From: Actinomycetota bacterium
GTDB taxonomy: Bacteria > Actinomycetota > UBA4738 > JACQTL01
Direction of reading: 5' to 3'
Assembly (NCBI GenBank): GCA_045805265.1
Contig: JBJMLO010000011.1
Coordinates: forward strand, 110,148-174,147
DNA: 64,000 nt
Every line of letters begins with the position of its first letter. The first letter of the stretch is position 1. Under the pieces are notes generated by a model. It ran no database searches. It saw only the letters and a program-made list of their open reading frames with translations, and was not told the DNA's origin. Position numbers and translations under genes: made by a program. This document shows, one piece after another, positions 1-9,448 of this stretch.

Positions 1-366
1 GACGCCGGCTCGAAGGGGATCATGGCAGTCGCCGAGGAGATCGGCCGGCTCTCGGCCGCGGCGCGCGACGGGTCGATCCGCCCGGAGGACATGGGCGGCA
101 GCACGATCACGGTTTCGAACGTGGGGACGTTCGGCGCGGAGTTCGGCACGCCGATCATCAACCACCCGGAGTCGGCCATCCTGGCGACGGGCGTCATCGA
201 GCCGCGGGCCCTCGTCGTGGACGGCGAGGTCGTGGCCCGGCCCGCGATGACGCTGTCGCTGTCCTTCGACCACCGGCTCCTCGACGGGGCGCAGGCCGGG
301 CGGGCGCTCCGGGACCTGGCCGACCTCCTGGAGAGCCCCTTCGAGCTGGGACGGCTGCCCCGGTGA
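1..366 (+). CDS. 2-oxoacid dehydrogenase E2 component (dihydrolipoamide acyltransferase), C-terminal fragment; 5' end lies outside the window
   Basis: Open frame from nt 1 to TGA at 364-366. C-terminal catalytic-domain signature SFDHRLLDGA (the DHR..DG active-site motif of E2 acyltransferases). Confidence 0.8.
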   Translation, partial: DAGSKGIMAVAEEIGRLSAAARDGSIRPEDMGGSTITVSNVGTFGAEFGTPIINHPESAILATGVIEPRALVVDGEVVARPAMTLSLSFDHRLLDGAQAGRALRDLADLLESPFELGRLPR

Positions 367-394
367 GGCCTCGGACCCCCGGGAGGCGGTCCTC

Positions 395-1312
395 GTGAAG
401 ATCGTCTCGCTGCTGCCGTCGGCCACCGAGATCGTCTACGCGCTCGGGCTGGGCGACGACCTCCTGGCCGTGACCGACGAGTGCGACTACCCCGAGGACG
501 CCACCAAGAAGCCGGTCGTTTCGCGCAGCGCGCTGCCGAGCGGCCGCCCGCTGTCCGCCCGGGAGATCGACGACGTCGTCCGCGAGCGCATGGACCAGCA
601 GCAGCCGCTATACCTGCTCGACCGGGCGCTGATCCAGCGGATCCAGCCGGACGTGATCCTGGCACAGGACCTGTGCCGGGTCTGCGCGGTCCCGTCCGGC
701 GACGTGCAGGAGGCCCTGGCCGACCTGGGGATCGAGGCCGAGGTGCTGTCGCTCGACCCGAACACGCTCGACGAGGTGATCGAGTCGGTCGCGGTGGTCG
801 GCCGGGCGCTCGGGCGGGAGGAACGGGCCCAGGAGGTCGCGGCGGGCCTCCGGGCTCGGGTCGAGGCGGTGCGGCGGACCGCGCTGCGCCTCCCCTCGAT
901 CCGGGTCCTGGCGCTCGAGTGGTCGGACCCGCCGTTCTCCGGCGGCCACTGGGTCCCGGACATGGTCGAGATCGCCGGCGGCACCAACCTGCTGTCGGCG
1001 AAGGGGGAACCCTCGCGCACGGTGACGTGGCGGCAGATCGCCGACGCCACGCCCGAGGTCGTCGTGTTCATGCCCTGCGGCTACTACCTGGAGGAGGCGG
1101 AGGACGAGGCGGCCCGCCTGTACGCGAACCCCGACTTCGCGGCGACGCCGGCGGCCCGGGAGGGCGGCGTGTTCGCGGTGGACGCCTCCTCCTACTTCTC
1201 CCGCCCCGGCCCCCGCATCGTCGACGGCCTCGAGATCCTGGCGTGGGCCATCCACCCTGACGCGTACCCCGATCCGCCCTCCGGCTCGATCTCGCGCATC
1301 GTCCGGAGGTGA
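395..1312 (+). CDS. ABC-transporter periplasmic substrate-binding protein, BtuF/FecB-like (cobalamin or Fe3+-siderophore type)
   Basis: GTG start at 395 preceded by GGGAGG at 381-386. N-terminus MKIVSLLPSATEIVYALGLGDDLLAVTDECDYP is characteristic of class III SBPs (BtuF-like); length 305 aa. Confidence 0.6.
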   Translation: MKIVSLLPSATEIVYALGLGDDLLAVTDECDYPEDATKKPVVSRSALPSGRPLSAREIDDVVRERMDQQQPLYLLDRALIQRIQPDVILAQDLCRVCAVPSGDVQEALADLGIEAEVLSLDPNTLDEVIESVAVVGRALGREERAQEVAAGLRARVEAVRRTALRLPSIRVLALEWSDPPFSGGHWVPDMVEIAGGTNLLSAKGEPSRTVTWRQIADATPEVVVFMPCGYYLEEAEDEAARLYANPDFAATPAAREGGVFAVDASSYFSRPGPRIVDGLEILAWAIHPDAYPDPPSGSISRIVRR

Positions 1313-1557
1313 CGCCGCACCCGCCCGCCGGCGCTACGCTGTCGGCCGTGGGACAGCGGCAGAACTACGTGACCCCGGAGGACCTGGGCCGGCGGGTCTC
1401 GTTCCAGTTCGAGCTGCCGAACGGATACGTGGGCGAGGCCGTGGGCACGCTGGAGGACTACGACGCCGCCGCCCAGACCTACCTGGTCAGGAACCGGAAG
1501 GACGAGCTCGTGCGGGTCCCGGCGATCCGCGTCCGGTTCGGTCGCGTCGTCGCCTGA
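1309..1557 (+). CDS. hypothetical small protein (82 aa), possibly translationally coupled to the upstream SBP gene
   Basis: GTG at 1309 overlaps the upstream TGA (GTGA). Balanced, non-repetitive composition; no recognisable family. Confidence 0.35.
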   Translation: MTPHPPAGATLSAVGQRQNYVTPEDLGRRVSFQFELPNGYVGEAVGTLEDYDAAAQTYLVRNRKDELVRVPAIRVRFGRVVA

Positions 1558-1686
1558 CCTCCTCGCGGGCCCGAACGCGTTCCCTAGGCCGAAAGGCCGA
1601 TCCGACCGGGTTCGGAGGACCGAGCGATGTCGGCCCCTTCGCCCGATGACCGGCCAGGGCGCCCTCGCTACGCTCGTGACGTCCGA

Positions 1687-2094
1687 TCACTCCTGCCGGG
1701 GAGGGGGCGGCAGGAGTGACCGGATCGTCCCGATCAGATCGTCCATGTCGAAGGGTTTCGCGACGAACGCGTCGACGGCGTAGTCCTCGGCCCGTCGGCG
1801 GTCGCCGGGGCCGGTGCGCGCCGAGACGACCACCACCCGCGGCCGGGTGAGTCCTCGCCGGCGGATCTCGTGGAGGACCCCCCACCCGTCCATGACCGGC
1901 ATCATGAGGTCGAGCAGCATGAGGTCCGGGTTGACCTCCTCCAGCAGCTGCAGGGCGCTCTGCCCATTCGAGGCGACGAACGTCCGAAACCCCTCCAGCT
2001 CCAGGTTGAACCGGACCACCCACACGAGGTCCGCCTCGTCCTCCACGACGAGGATCGACCCGGCGTGCCCTTCGGGTTCGTCCGGCTGCTGCAT
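1687..2094 (-). CDS. single-domain response regulator (CheY-like receiver domain only)
   Basis: ATG at 2094 (MQQPDEPEGHAGSILVVEDEADLV...). Canonical receiver residues (VVEDE, LLDLMMP phospho-Asp, VVVVSA, AKPF). The long N-terminal extension in the ORF track is Arg-rich antisense of purM and was rejected. 9-bp gap after the purM stop. Confidence 0.75.
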   Translation of the reverse strand: MQQPDEPEGHAGSILVVEDEADLVWVVRFNLELEGFRTFVASNGQSALQLLEEVNPDLMLLDLMMPVMDGWGVLHEIRRRGLTRPRVVVVSARTGPGDRRRAEDYAVDAFVAKPFDMDDLIGTIRSLLPPPPRQE

Positions 2095-2102
2095 CGGGCT
2101 CC

Positions 2103-3137
2103 TCAGGACGTGCCGAACGGCGTCAGGCGGACCCCGGCCGGCGGCGAGGCCCGGCCCACCACGTGGGCGTCGTGGCCGGCCTCCCGCGCCGCCGCGATCG
2201 CGTCGGTGGCTCCGCCGGCGTCGACCACCAGGATCATGCCGAGCCCCATGTTGAACGTCGACCACATGTCCCGGTCGGCGACCTCGGCCACCCGTTGGAT
2301 CAGGCCGAACACCGGCGGCCGGACCCAGGCCGACACGTCGACGTCCGCCCCCAGCTCCTCGGGGAGCGCGCGGGGCAGGTTCTCGGGGATCCCCCCGCCG
2401 GTCACGTGTGCCGCGGCGTGGAGGACCCCCCGGCGGGCCAGCGTCACGACGAGCGGTGCGTACACGGCCGTCGGTTCCATCAGCTCGTCGGCCATCGTCC
2501 GTCCGCCCAGCTCGCCTGGCCGGTCGTCGAGCCGGACGGCGCCCGAGTCCAGCACCCCGGAACGCACCAGGCTGTAGCCGTTCGCGTGCAGCCCGCTCGA
2601 CGCCAGGCCCACCAGCACGTCGCCGGGCCGCACCCGCCGGGGGCCGAGGAGGTGGTCGTCGTGGACGAGCCCCACGCAGAACCCGGCCAGGTCGAACCGG
2701 TCGGGCTCCATCACGCCGGGATGCTCGGCGGTCTCGCCTCCCAGCAGGGCGCAGCCGGCCCGGCGGCACCCCTCGGCAACGCCCTCGACGACCGCGGCGG
2801 CCCGTTCCGGCACCAGCGCGCCCACCGCCAGGTAGTCGAGGAAGAACAGCGGCTCCGCGCCCGTGCACGCGACGTCGTCGGCGCACATCGCGACGAGGTC
2901 GATCCCGATCGTGTCGAGCCGCCCGGTGAGCCGCGCGATCTCGGTCTTGGTCCCCGCGCCGTCGGTGGCGGCGGCCAGGTGCCGCCCCTCCCCGATCGAG
3001 AACAGCCCGGCGAACCCGCCCACCGCTTCAACGGCCTCGGGGCGGGTGGCGCGAGCGGCGACGCCGGCGATCAGCGACACGGCCTTCGCCGCGGCGTCCA
3101 GGTCGACGCCGGCGCGACGGTAGGCCTCGGCGCCCAC
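2103..3137 (-). CDS. purM: phosphoribosylformylglycinamidine cyclo-ligase (AIR synthetase)
   Basis: N-terminus AYRRAGVDLDAAAKAV matches the conserved AGVD PurM start, with the PurM fold following (VDYLAVG..., HVTGGG). Proposed GTG start at 3137 overlaps the purF TAG (GTAGTG). Confidence 0.85.
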   Translation of the reverse strand: MGAEAYRRAGVDLDAAAKAVSLIAGVAARATRPEAVEAVGGFAGLFSIGEGRHLAAATDGAGTKTEIARLTGRLDTIGIDLVAMCADDVACTGAEPLFFLDYLAVGALVPERAAAVVEGVAEGCRRAGCALLGGETAEHPGVMEPDRFDLAGFCVGLVHDDHLLGPRRVRPGDVLVGLASSGLHANGYSLVRSGVLDSGAVRLDDRPGELGGRTMADELMEPTAVYAPLVVTLARRGVLHAAAHVTGGGIPENLPRALPEELGADVDVSAWVRPPVFGLIQRVAEVADRDMWSTFNMGLGMILVVDAGGATDAIAAAREAGHDAHVVGRASPPAGVRLTPFGTS

Positions 3138-4558
3138 TACTGTCCGGAGGCGGGCTGCTCCAGCAGGAGCTTCGTCGGCTCCTGCTCCGGGATGGGCACC
3201 GGGTAGTAGCCGTCGAAGCAGGCGCGGCAGAACTCTCCCGACCGGGAGCCGGTGGCCTCGACCAGGTCCTCGAGCTCCAGGTATGCCAGGGAGTCGGCCC
3301 CGACGAACTCCCGGACCTCCTCGACCGACAGGTCGCTCGCCACCAGCTCCTGCCTGGTCGACATGTCGATCCCGTAGAAGCACGGCCATCGGATGGGCGG
3401 CGAGGTGATCCGCAGGTGGATGGCCGCCGCGCCGGCCTCGCGGAGGATCTGCACGATCTGCCGCGTGGTCGTCCCACGCACGATCGAGTCGTCGACGATC
3501 ACCAGTCGCTTCCCCCGGACGGCGTCCGGCATGGGGTTCAGCTTCAGCTTCACTCCCCGCTGGCGGAGCGACGGCGCCGGCTGGATGAATGTCCGACCCA
3601 CGTAGCGGTTCTTCATCAGGCCCTCGCCATACGGGATCCCGGCCGCTGCGGCGAACCCCTGCGCGGCCGAGTCGGCGGTGTCCGGGACGGGGACCACCAT
3701 GTCTGCCTCCACGGGAGACTGGCGGGCCAGGCGCGCTCCCATCTCGACTCGGGCCAGGTGGACGGTGCGGCCGTACAGCCGGGAGTCCGCCCGGGCCAGG
3801 TACGCGAACTCGAACAGGCACAGCGCCTTCCGCGGCGACTCCGCGAAGCGCCGGCTCCGCAGGCCCCGGTCATCGACCATGACCAGCTCGCCGGGTTCAA
3901 CCTCCCGGACGTACGTCGCGCCGACGATGTCGAGCGCCGCGGTCTCACTGGCGAAGCAGAACCCGCCGGGCAGCTTGCCGATGGCCAGTGGGCGCAGGCC
4001 GTGCGGGTCGCGCGCGGCGAACACGGTCCGCTCGTCCATGAACAGGAACGAGAACGCGCCCTCCAGACGGGGCAGGGCGCGGAGCGCGGCCTCCTCGACG
4101 CCGTCCTCGATCTGCGCGGCGATCATCGAGGCGACCAGGTCGGAGTCGGTGGTGGAGCGCCCGGACGGCCGGCCGTCCCGGCCGGTCTCCTCCGCCAGCC
4201 GGCGGGTGTTCACCAGGTTGCCGTTGTGGCCGAGGGCCAGCCCGCGGGTGCCGTCGGTCTTGAACGAAGGCTGCGCGTTCTCCCAGGTCGTCGAGCCGGT
4301 GGTGGAGTACCGCGTGTGCCCGATGCCGAGGTCGCCCTGCAGCGTGGACAGCGTGGCCTCGTCGAACACCTGCGCGACGAGCCCCAGCTCCCGGTACACG
4401 AGTATGTTCCGGAGGTCGGACACGGCCATCCCGGCGGATTCCTGTCCCCGGTGCTGGAGGGCGAACAGTCCGAAGTAGATGAGCCTGGAGATGTCCTCGC
4501 CGGGCGCCCACACCCCGAACAGGCCACAGGCTTCGCGCGGGCCTTCGCCGTCCCCCAT
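3137..4558 (-). CDS. purF: amidophosphoribosyltransferase
   Basis: ATG at 4558 gives MGDGEGPREA-CGLFGVWAP with the N-terminal nucleophile Cys. Contains the glutamine amidotransferase class II domain and the PRTase motif (VIVDDSIVRGTT). The upstream 117 codons of the ORF track are low-complexity and were rejected. Confidence 0.9.
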   Translation of the reverse strand: MGDGEGPREACGLFGVWAPGEDISRLIYFGLFALQHRGQESAGMAVSDLRNILVYRELGLVAQVFDEATLSTLQGDLGIGHTRYSTTGSTTWENAQPSFKTDGTRGLALGHNGNLVNTRRLAEETGRDGRPSGRSTTDSDLVASMIAAQIEDGVEEAALRALPRLEGAFSFLFMDERTVFAARDPHGLRPLAIGKLPGGFCFASETAALDIVGATYVREVEPGELVMVDDRGLRSRRFAESPRKALCLFEFAYLARADSRLYGRTVHLARVEMGARLARQSPVEADMVVPVPDTADSAAQGFAAAAGIPYGEGLMKNRYVGRTFIQPAPSLRQRGVKLKLNPMPDAVRGKRLVIVDDSIVRGTTTRQIVQILREAGAAAIHLRITSPPIRWPCFYGIDMSTRQELVASDLSVEEVREFVGADSLAYLELEDLVEATGSRSGEFCRACFDGYYPVPIPEQEPTKLLLEQPASGQ

Positions 4559-4745
4559 CGATCGGATGCTAGCACCCGTTACGGACGCGGCTTCGGAAGC
4601 ACCGCTAGATGGACCTTGCGGGCGACGGTCTCGCTCAGGTCGAAGGAGGAGACCCGCTCTCGCTCGGCTCGCTCCTCGCTCTGGCCCAGCTCGATGGAGC
4701 CGGCGCGTTCGAGCGGAAGCCCTGATCCCGGACCGACTCCGTGGC

Positions 4746-6957
4746 TCAGCGCTCGCCGAGCAGGCGGGGGATGGCGTCCTCGTAGACCGCCCGGGCCTCG
4801 GCGATCGTGAGCTCGAACAGGCTGTCGAACACCATGCGGGGGCCGCCCGTCTCGCCGAGGCGGGCGAACGGAACGTGGAGGGCGGCGGAGAGATCCTCGA
4901 ACCGCTGGGCACGCTCCGGTGCGACGCTGACCACGGCGCGGGAGGCCGACTCCGAGAAGAGGGTGACGTGCGGCGGGAGGTCGCCCGGCAGGGACACCGC
5001 GAACCCGGTGTCGGCCGCGATCGCCGACTCCGCCAGCGTGATCGCCAGCCCGCCGTCGCTGCAGTCGTGCGCGGAGTCGAGCAGGTCGTCGTGGGCGGCC
5101 CGCTGCAGCAGGCGGAGCAGCGCGGCCTCGCGGTCGAGGTCGAGCGACGGCGGCCGGCCGGAGACCCGGCCCAGGATGACCTCGCCGAACTCCGACCCCC
5201 CGAGCTCCGCCAGCGTCTCCCCCAGGAGGTACACGTACAGCCCCGGTCGGGGAAAGCCGGCGCCGACGACCAGCCGGTAGTCCTCGATCAGCCCGAGCAT
5301 GCCGACCACCGGGGTCGGCCAGATCGCGGAGTCGCCGGACTCGTTGTAGAAGCTGACGTTGCCGCCCGTGACCGGAGTCTGTAGCGCCCGGCATGCGTCG
5401 GCCATCCCCCGGACCGACTCGGCGAAGGCCCACATGACCTCCGGGCGCTCGGGGTTGCCGAAGTTCAGGCAGTTGGTGACCGCCAACGGTCTCGCGCCCA
5501 CCGTCGCCACGTTCCGAGCCGCCTCCGCGACCGCGTGGGCCGCTCCCAGGTACGGGTTGAGCGCGCCGTACCGGCCCTTGCCGTCGGTGGACAGCGCCAT
5601 GGCCTTCAGCGTGCCCTCGATGCGGACGATCGCCGCGTCGGCCCCCGGGCCCTGGACCGTCTGGCCGCCCACGATCGAGTCGTACTGTTCGAACGCCCAC
5701 CGCTTGCTGGCGACGTTCGGCGAGGCCAGGAGCGTCAGGAACGCCTCGCCGGGCGGCGTGGTGACCGTGGCGAACGTCGGGTCGTCCTCCGCCATCGCGT
5801 CGAGCTCGTCGGGCTCCCGCATGAGCCTGCGATAGGTGGGGCCTTCCTCGGCGAGCGACCTGGCCGGGACCTCGGCGACGACCTCGTCACCCCGCCGCGC
5901 GCGGAGGTTGCCGTGGCCGGCCACGCGCCCGATCACGGCAGGGGGGAGCCCCCACTTCTCGCACACGGCCGCGACCTCGTCGAAGCGGTCCGGCTCCACG
6001 ACGCCGAGCATCCGTTCCTGCGATTCGCTGGTGAGGATCTCGAACGGCTCCATCCCGGCCTGGCGCAGGGGCACGGCGTCGAGGTCGACGTCCGCGCCCA
6101 TGCCCGCGCGCGACGCCGACTCGCTGACCGCGCAGGTGAGCCCCGCGCCGCCCAGGTCCTGCAGCCCGATGAGCAGGTCGCGCTCGATCAGCTCCAGGCA
6201 GCACTCGATGAGGAGCTTCTCGGTGAAGGGATCGCCGATCTGCACCGACGGGCGGCTGTCCCCGGCATCGTCCTCGATGGTCCGGCTGGCCAGCACGCTC
6301 ACCCCGCCGATGCCGTCGCGGCCGGTGCGCCCGCCGATCAGCACCAGCAGGTTCCCCTCGCCTTCGGCGCGGCCCCGCATCAGCCGCTCTGCCCGGGCGA
6401 GGCCCACGCACATCACGTTCACCGTCGGGTTCGCGGTGTGGGCGGCGGCGAACGCGATCTCGCCGCCCACGGTGGGGACGCCGATGCAGTTGCCGTAGCC
6501 GCCGATCCCTCCGACCACGCCGCCCAGCAGCCACCGGTTCCGGGGCTCGGTCAGCGGGCCGAACCGCAGCGGGTCGAGCAGCGCGACGGGGCGGGCCCCC
6601 ATGCTGAGGATGTCCCGCACGATCCCGCCGACCCCCGTGGCGGCTCCCTGGTACGGCTCGACCGCCGAGGGGTGGGAGTGGGACTCCAGCTTGAACACGG
6701 CCGCCACCCCGTCGCCGAGGTCGACCACGCCGGCGTCCTCGCCCGGGCCGACCAGCACGGCGGGGCCCTCCGTGGGGAGCTTCCGCAGGTGGACCTTGCT
6801 CGACTTGTACGAGCAGTGCTCGGACCACATCACCGAGTACATGGCGAGCTCGGCGCGGTTCGGCTCGCGCCCGAGCGTGGCGACGACCCGGTCGTACTCC
6901 TCGTCGGTCAGGCCGAGTGCCCGGTGGAGCGCGTCGGCAGGCGGGGCCTCGGCCATC
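4746..6957 (-). CDS. purL: phosphoribosylformylglycinamidine synthase subunit PurL (FGAM synthase II)
   Basis: ATG at 6957 gives MAEAPPADALHRALGLTDEEYDRV...AMYSVMWSEHCSYKSSK, the classic PurL N-terminus. 737 aa. Confidence 0.9.
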
Positions 6958-7058
6958 AGGGAGCGGACGTGTCGGTGGGCGCCGGTACGGTCATGTGGCA
7001 AGAGGATGATAGATGCCCACCGGGCCGCCCGCCGAGGACGGGAAGGAGGCGCTCGATC

Positions 7059-7550
7059 GTGCGATGGGAGGAGTTCACGACCGTCTGCCCCGAGATCGCG
7101 CAGCAGGCCAGGGAGCGGTTCGAGCGCGATCAGCTGGTGCTCCTCGGAACCGTCACACGGGACGGGTGGCCGCGGATCAGCCCGTGCGAGCTCGACTTCG
7201 CCGAAGGGCACCTGTTCCTCGGGATGATGTGGCGTTCGCCGAAGGCGCTCGACCTGCTCCGAGGCAGCCCCCTCGCGGTCCACAGCGTCCAGGCCGACCG
7301 CCACGCGACCGAGCCCGACATCAAGCTGTCCGGCCACGCCGCGGACGTGGCGAACCCGGCGATGCGGGAGGCCTTCCGAGACGCCATCCGCCGGCGCATC
7401 GACTGGGCGCCCGAGGAGCCCCGGTTCCACCTGTTCTCGTTCGACATCGAGCGCGCGGCCGTGCTGGCGTTCGCGAACGACGTGGAGACGGTTACGACGT
7501 GGGATCCGGAACGGGGCCTGCGCACCTGGACGAAGCGGGGCGACGAGTAG
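7059..7550 (+). CDS. pyridoxamine 5'-phosphate oxidase-like (PPOX-class FMN/F420-binding) family protein
   Basis: GTG at 7059 with GGAAGGAGG at 7040-7048. 163 aa; split-barrel PPOX-like sequence (LVLLGTVTRDGWPRISPCELDF...LFLGMMWRSPKALDL). Its TAG abuts the purQ stop on the opposite strand. Confidence 0.5.
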   Translation: MRWEEFTTVCPEIAQQARERFERDQLVLLGTVTRDGWPRISPCELDFAEGHLFLGMMWRSPKALDLLRGSPLAVHSVQADRHATEPDIKLSGHAADVANPAMREAFRDAIRRRIDWAPEEPRFHLFSFDIERAAVLAFANDVETVTTWDPERGLRTWTKRGDE

Positions 7551-8255
7551 TCAGCCCACGCGCTCGATCGCGTGTTCCAGCAGCGAGGCGAACAGCGGCT
7601 GGCCGCCGGTCGGGCCGGTGTCGGGGTCCACGGCGTGCTCCGGGTGGGGCATGAGCCCCACCACGTTCCCCCGCTCGTTGCTGATGCCGGCGATCGAGTT
7701 CGCGGCCCCGTTCGGGTTGTGCTCGTCGCCGGTCTCGCCCTTCGGCCCCGCATACCGGAACACCACTAGACCCTCGTCCTCGATCCGCGCGAGCTCGTCG
7801 GCCGCCGCCGTGAACTGGCCCTCGCCGTGCTTGATGGGGATCCGGACCAGCTCGCCGGGCACGAGTCCCGCGCTCAGCACACTGGTGGACGTCTCGACGC
7901 GCAGCGTCACGACCCGGCACACGAACCGCAGCGAGCGGTTGCGGAGCAGCGCGCCGGGCAAGAGGCCGGCCTCGCACAGAATCTGGAAGCCGTTGCAGAT
8001 GCCCACCACCGGGTGGCCGGCGTCCGCGAACTCGCGGACCGCGGGCATCACGTCGGCGAAGCGCGCGATCGCCCCGGTGCGGAGGTAGTCGCCGTAGGAG
8101 AACCCGCCCGGCAGGATCACCGCGTGGAGCGACGGCAGCGTCAGGTCGCCGTGCCACACGGGCACGGGCTCGCCGCCCATCGCCCGCACGGCCCGCAGCG
8201 CGTCGCGGTCGTCGAGCGAGCCCGGGAACGTGACGACGCCGACCCGCGGCCTCAC
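7551..8255 (-). CDS. purQ: phosphoribosylformylglycinamidine synthase subunit PurQ (glutaminase)
   Basis: MRPRVGVVTFPGSLDDRDALRAV...GICNGFQILCEAGLLPG; class I glutamine amidotransferase with catalytic Cys in GICNGFQ. Confidence 0.9.
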   Translation of the reverse strand: MRPRVGVVTFPGSLDDRDALRAVRAMGGEPVPVWHGDLTLPSLHAVILPGGFSYGDYLRTGAIARFADVMPAVREFADAGHPVVGICNGFQILCEAGLLPGALLRNRSLRFVCRVVTLRVETSTSVLSAGLVPGELVRIPIKHGEGQFTAAADELARIEDEGLVVFRYAGPKGETGDEHNPNGAANSIAGISNERGNVVGLMPHPEHAVDPDTGPTGGQPLFASLLEHAIERVG

Positions 8256-8554
8256 GGCACCACCTCGGTCTCCTCCGACGAGACCTCGCGGGTCCAGGCC
8301 CTGGATCGCATCGGCACGACCTCAGCCGATTCGATGACCGGGTTCGACAGGAGCCGCCCGGCGATCTCTTCCGCGTCGGTGAGCGCGAGCTCGCCGTTGT
8401 CGGCCTCGACGGTCATCAGGAAGCGTTTGCCGGTCCGAACGTTCGACACGTTGGCCCATCCCATGTGCGGCAACGAATCCTCGATGGCCTTGGCCTGCGG
8501 GTCCAGCAGGCCCTCCTTCAACATCACGAGAACCTCGAAGCGGTACGCGATCAT
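8252..8554 (-). CDS. purS: phosphoribosylformylglycinamidine synthase subunit PurS
   Basis: ATG at 8554 overlaps the purC TGA (ATGA). MIAYRFEVLVMLKEGLLDPQAKAIEDSL... PurS fold. About 20 aa C-terminal extension relative to typical 80-aa PurS. Confidence 0.8.
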   Translation of the reverse strand: MIAYRFEVLVMLKEGLLDPQAKAIEDSLPHMGWANVSNVRTGKRFLMTVEADNGELALTDAEEIAGRLLSNPVIESAEVVPMRSRAWTREVSSEETEVVP

Positions 8555-9432
8555 GCCGCGCCCATCCTTCGCAGGTACTCCTCCCACGGCTCGCCCGTGA
8601 TGCGTTGGTAGGCCTCGCGGTACCGGTCGGCCGTCTGCTCGACCACGTCGTCGGGGAGCTCGGGCGCCGGGGGCTCGTGGTCCCAGCCGCTCGCGTCGAG
8701 CCAGTCCCGGACGAACTGCTTGTCGAACGAGGGCTGGGGGCCGCCGGGCGCGTACCGGTCGGCCGGCCAGAACCGCGACGAGTCCGGCGTGAGCACCTCG
8801 TCGCACAGGATGAGCTCGCCGCCCGAGAACCCGAACTCGAACTTCGTGTCGGCGACGATGACGCCCTGCTCGCCGGCGACCGACGCGCCGCGCTCGTAGA
8901 CCGCGATCGTGAGCTCCTGCAGCCTCTGCGCCAGCCCCTCGCCGATCAGGTCACCGGCGCGCTCGATCGAGATGTTCTCGTCGTGGCCGGTCTCGGCCTT
9001 GGTGGCCGGAGTGAAGATCGGCTCGGGCAGCCGGTCGGACTCCCGCAGCCCAGCAGGCAGCTCGACACCGCAGACCGACCGCGACGCTCGGTACTCCTTC
9101 CAGCCCGAACCGCTGAGGTAACCACGAGCCACGCACTCGATCGGGACCATGTCGGCACGCTGCACGAGCATCGCCCGCCCCGCCAGCTCCTCGTCGCCGC
9201 GGAACGGCTCCGGGAACTCCCGCGCGTCGGCCGTGATCAGATGGTTCGGCACGATGTCGGCCGTCCGTTCCAGCCAGAACAGGGTCAGCGCCGTCAGGAC
9301 CCGCCCCTTGTCGGGGATCGCGGTGGGCAGGACGACGTCGAAGGCGCTGATCCGGTCGCTCGCCACCATCAGCAGGTCGTCGCCGGCCTCGTAGACGTCG
9401 CGGACCTTGCCCCGCGCATGCAGTTCGGCCAT
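8551..9432 (-). CDS. purC: phosphoribosylaminoimidazole-succinocarboxamide synthase (SAICAR synthetase)
   Basis: ATG at 9432 gives MAELHARGKVRDVYEAGDDLLMVASDRISAFDVVL, the canonical PurC N-terminus. Confidence 0.9.
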   Translation of the reverse strand: MAELHARGKVRDVYEAGDDLLMVASDRISAFDVVLPTAIPDKGRVLTALTLFWLERTADIVPNHLITADAREFPEPFRGDEELAGRAMLVQRADMVPIECVARGYLSGSGWKEYRASRSVCGVELPAGLRESDRLPEPIFTPATKAETGHDENISIERAGDLIGEGLAQRLQELTIAVYERGASVAGEQGVIVADTKFEFGFSGGELILCDEVLTPDSSRFWPADRYAPGGPQPSFDKQFVRDWLDASGWDHEPPAPELPDDVVEQTADRYREAYQRITGEPWEEYLRRMGAA

Positions 9433-9448
9433 CACACCCACCAGAGCA

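Noticed and set aside
481-1260. Pair of overlapping 259-aa (+) and 215-aa (-) ORFs inside the BtuF-like gene
   Set aside because: Extreme Arg/Pro/Gly content (RPGDRRRRPRAHGPAAAA...), typical out-of-frame or antisense translation of high-GC coding DNA. The +1 frame ORF starting at 395 has a coherent protein sequence.
1687-2886. 399-aa ORF suggesting a long N-terminal domain on the response regulator
   Set aside because: The first 260 codons are Arg/Gly-rich nonsense and are antisense or overlapping to purM. An internal ATG at 2094 gives a clean 135-aa receiver.
4559-4745. ZTP (pfl) or other purine-related riboswitch in the purF leader
   Set aside because: No recognisable pfl core (GGGUCGUGAC...CCGGGC...UGGGCA pseudoknot partners) is visible. 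An Rfam scan (RF01750) would be decisive.
4579-5700. 373-aa minus-strand ORF and several plus-strand ORFs between purF and purL
   Set aside because: Low-complexity Arg/Gly/Pro products overlapping purL in other frames; no domain content.
5535-7058. 5' 500 codons of the 671-aa plus-strand ORF ending at 7550
   Set aside because: Antisense to purL with Arg/Asp/Gly-rich garbage. Only the last 163 codons (from GTG 7059, preceded by a strong RBS) look like a real PPOX-family protein.
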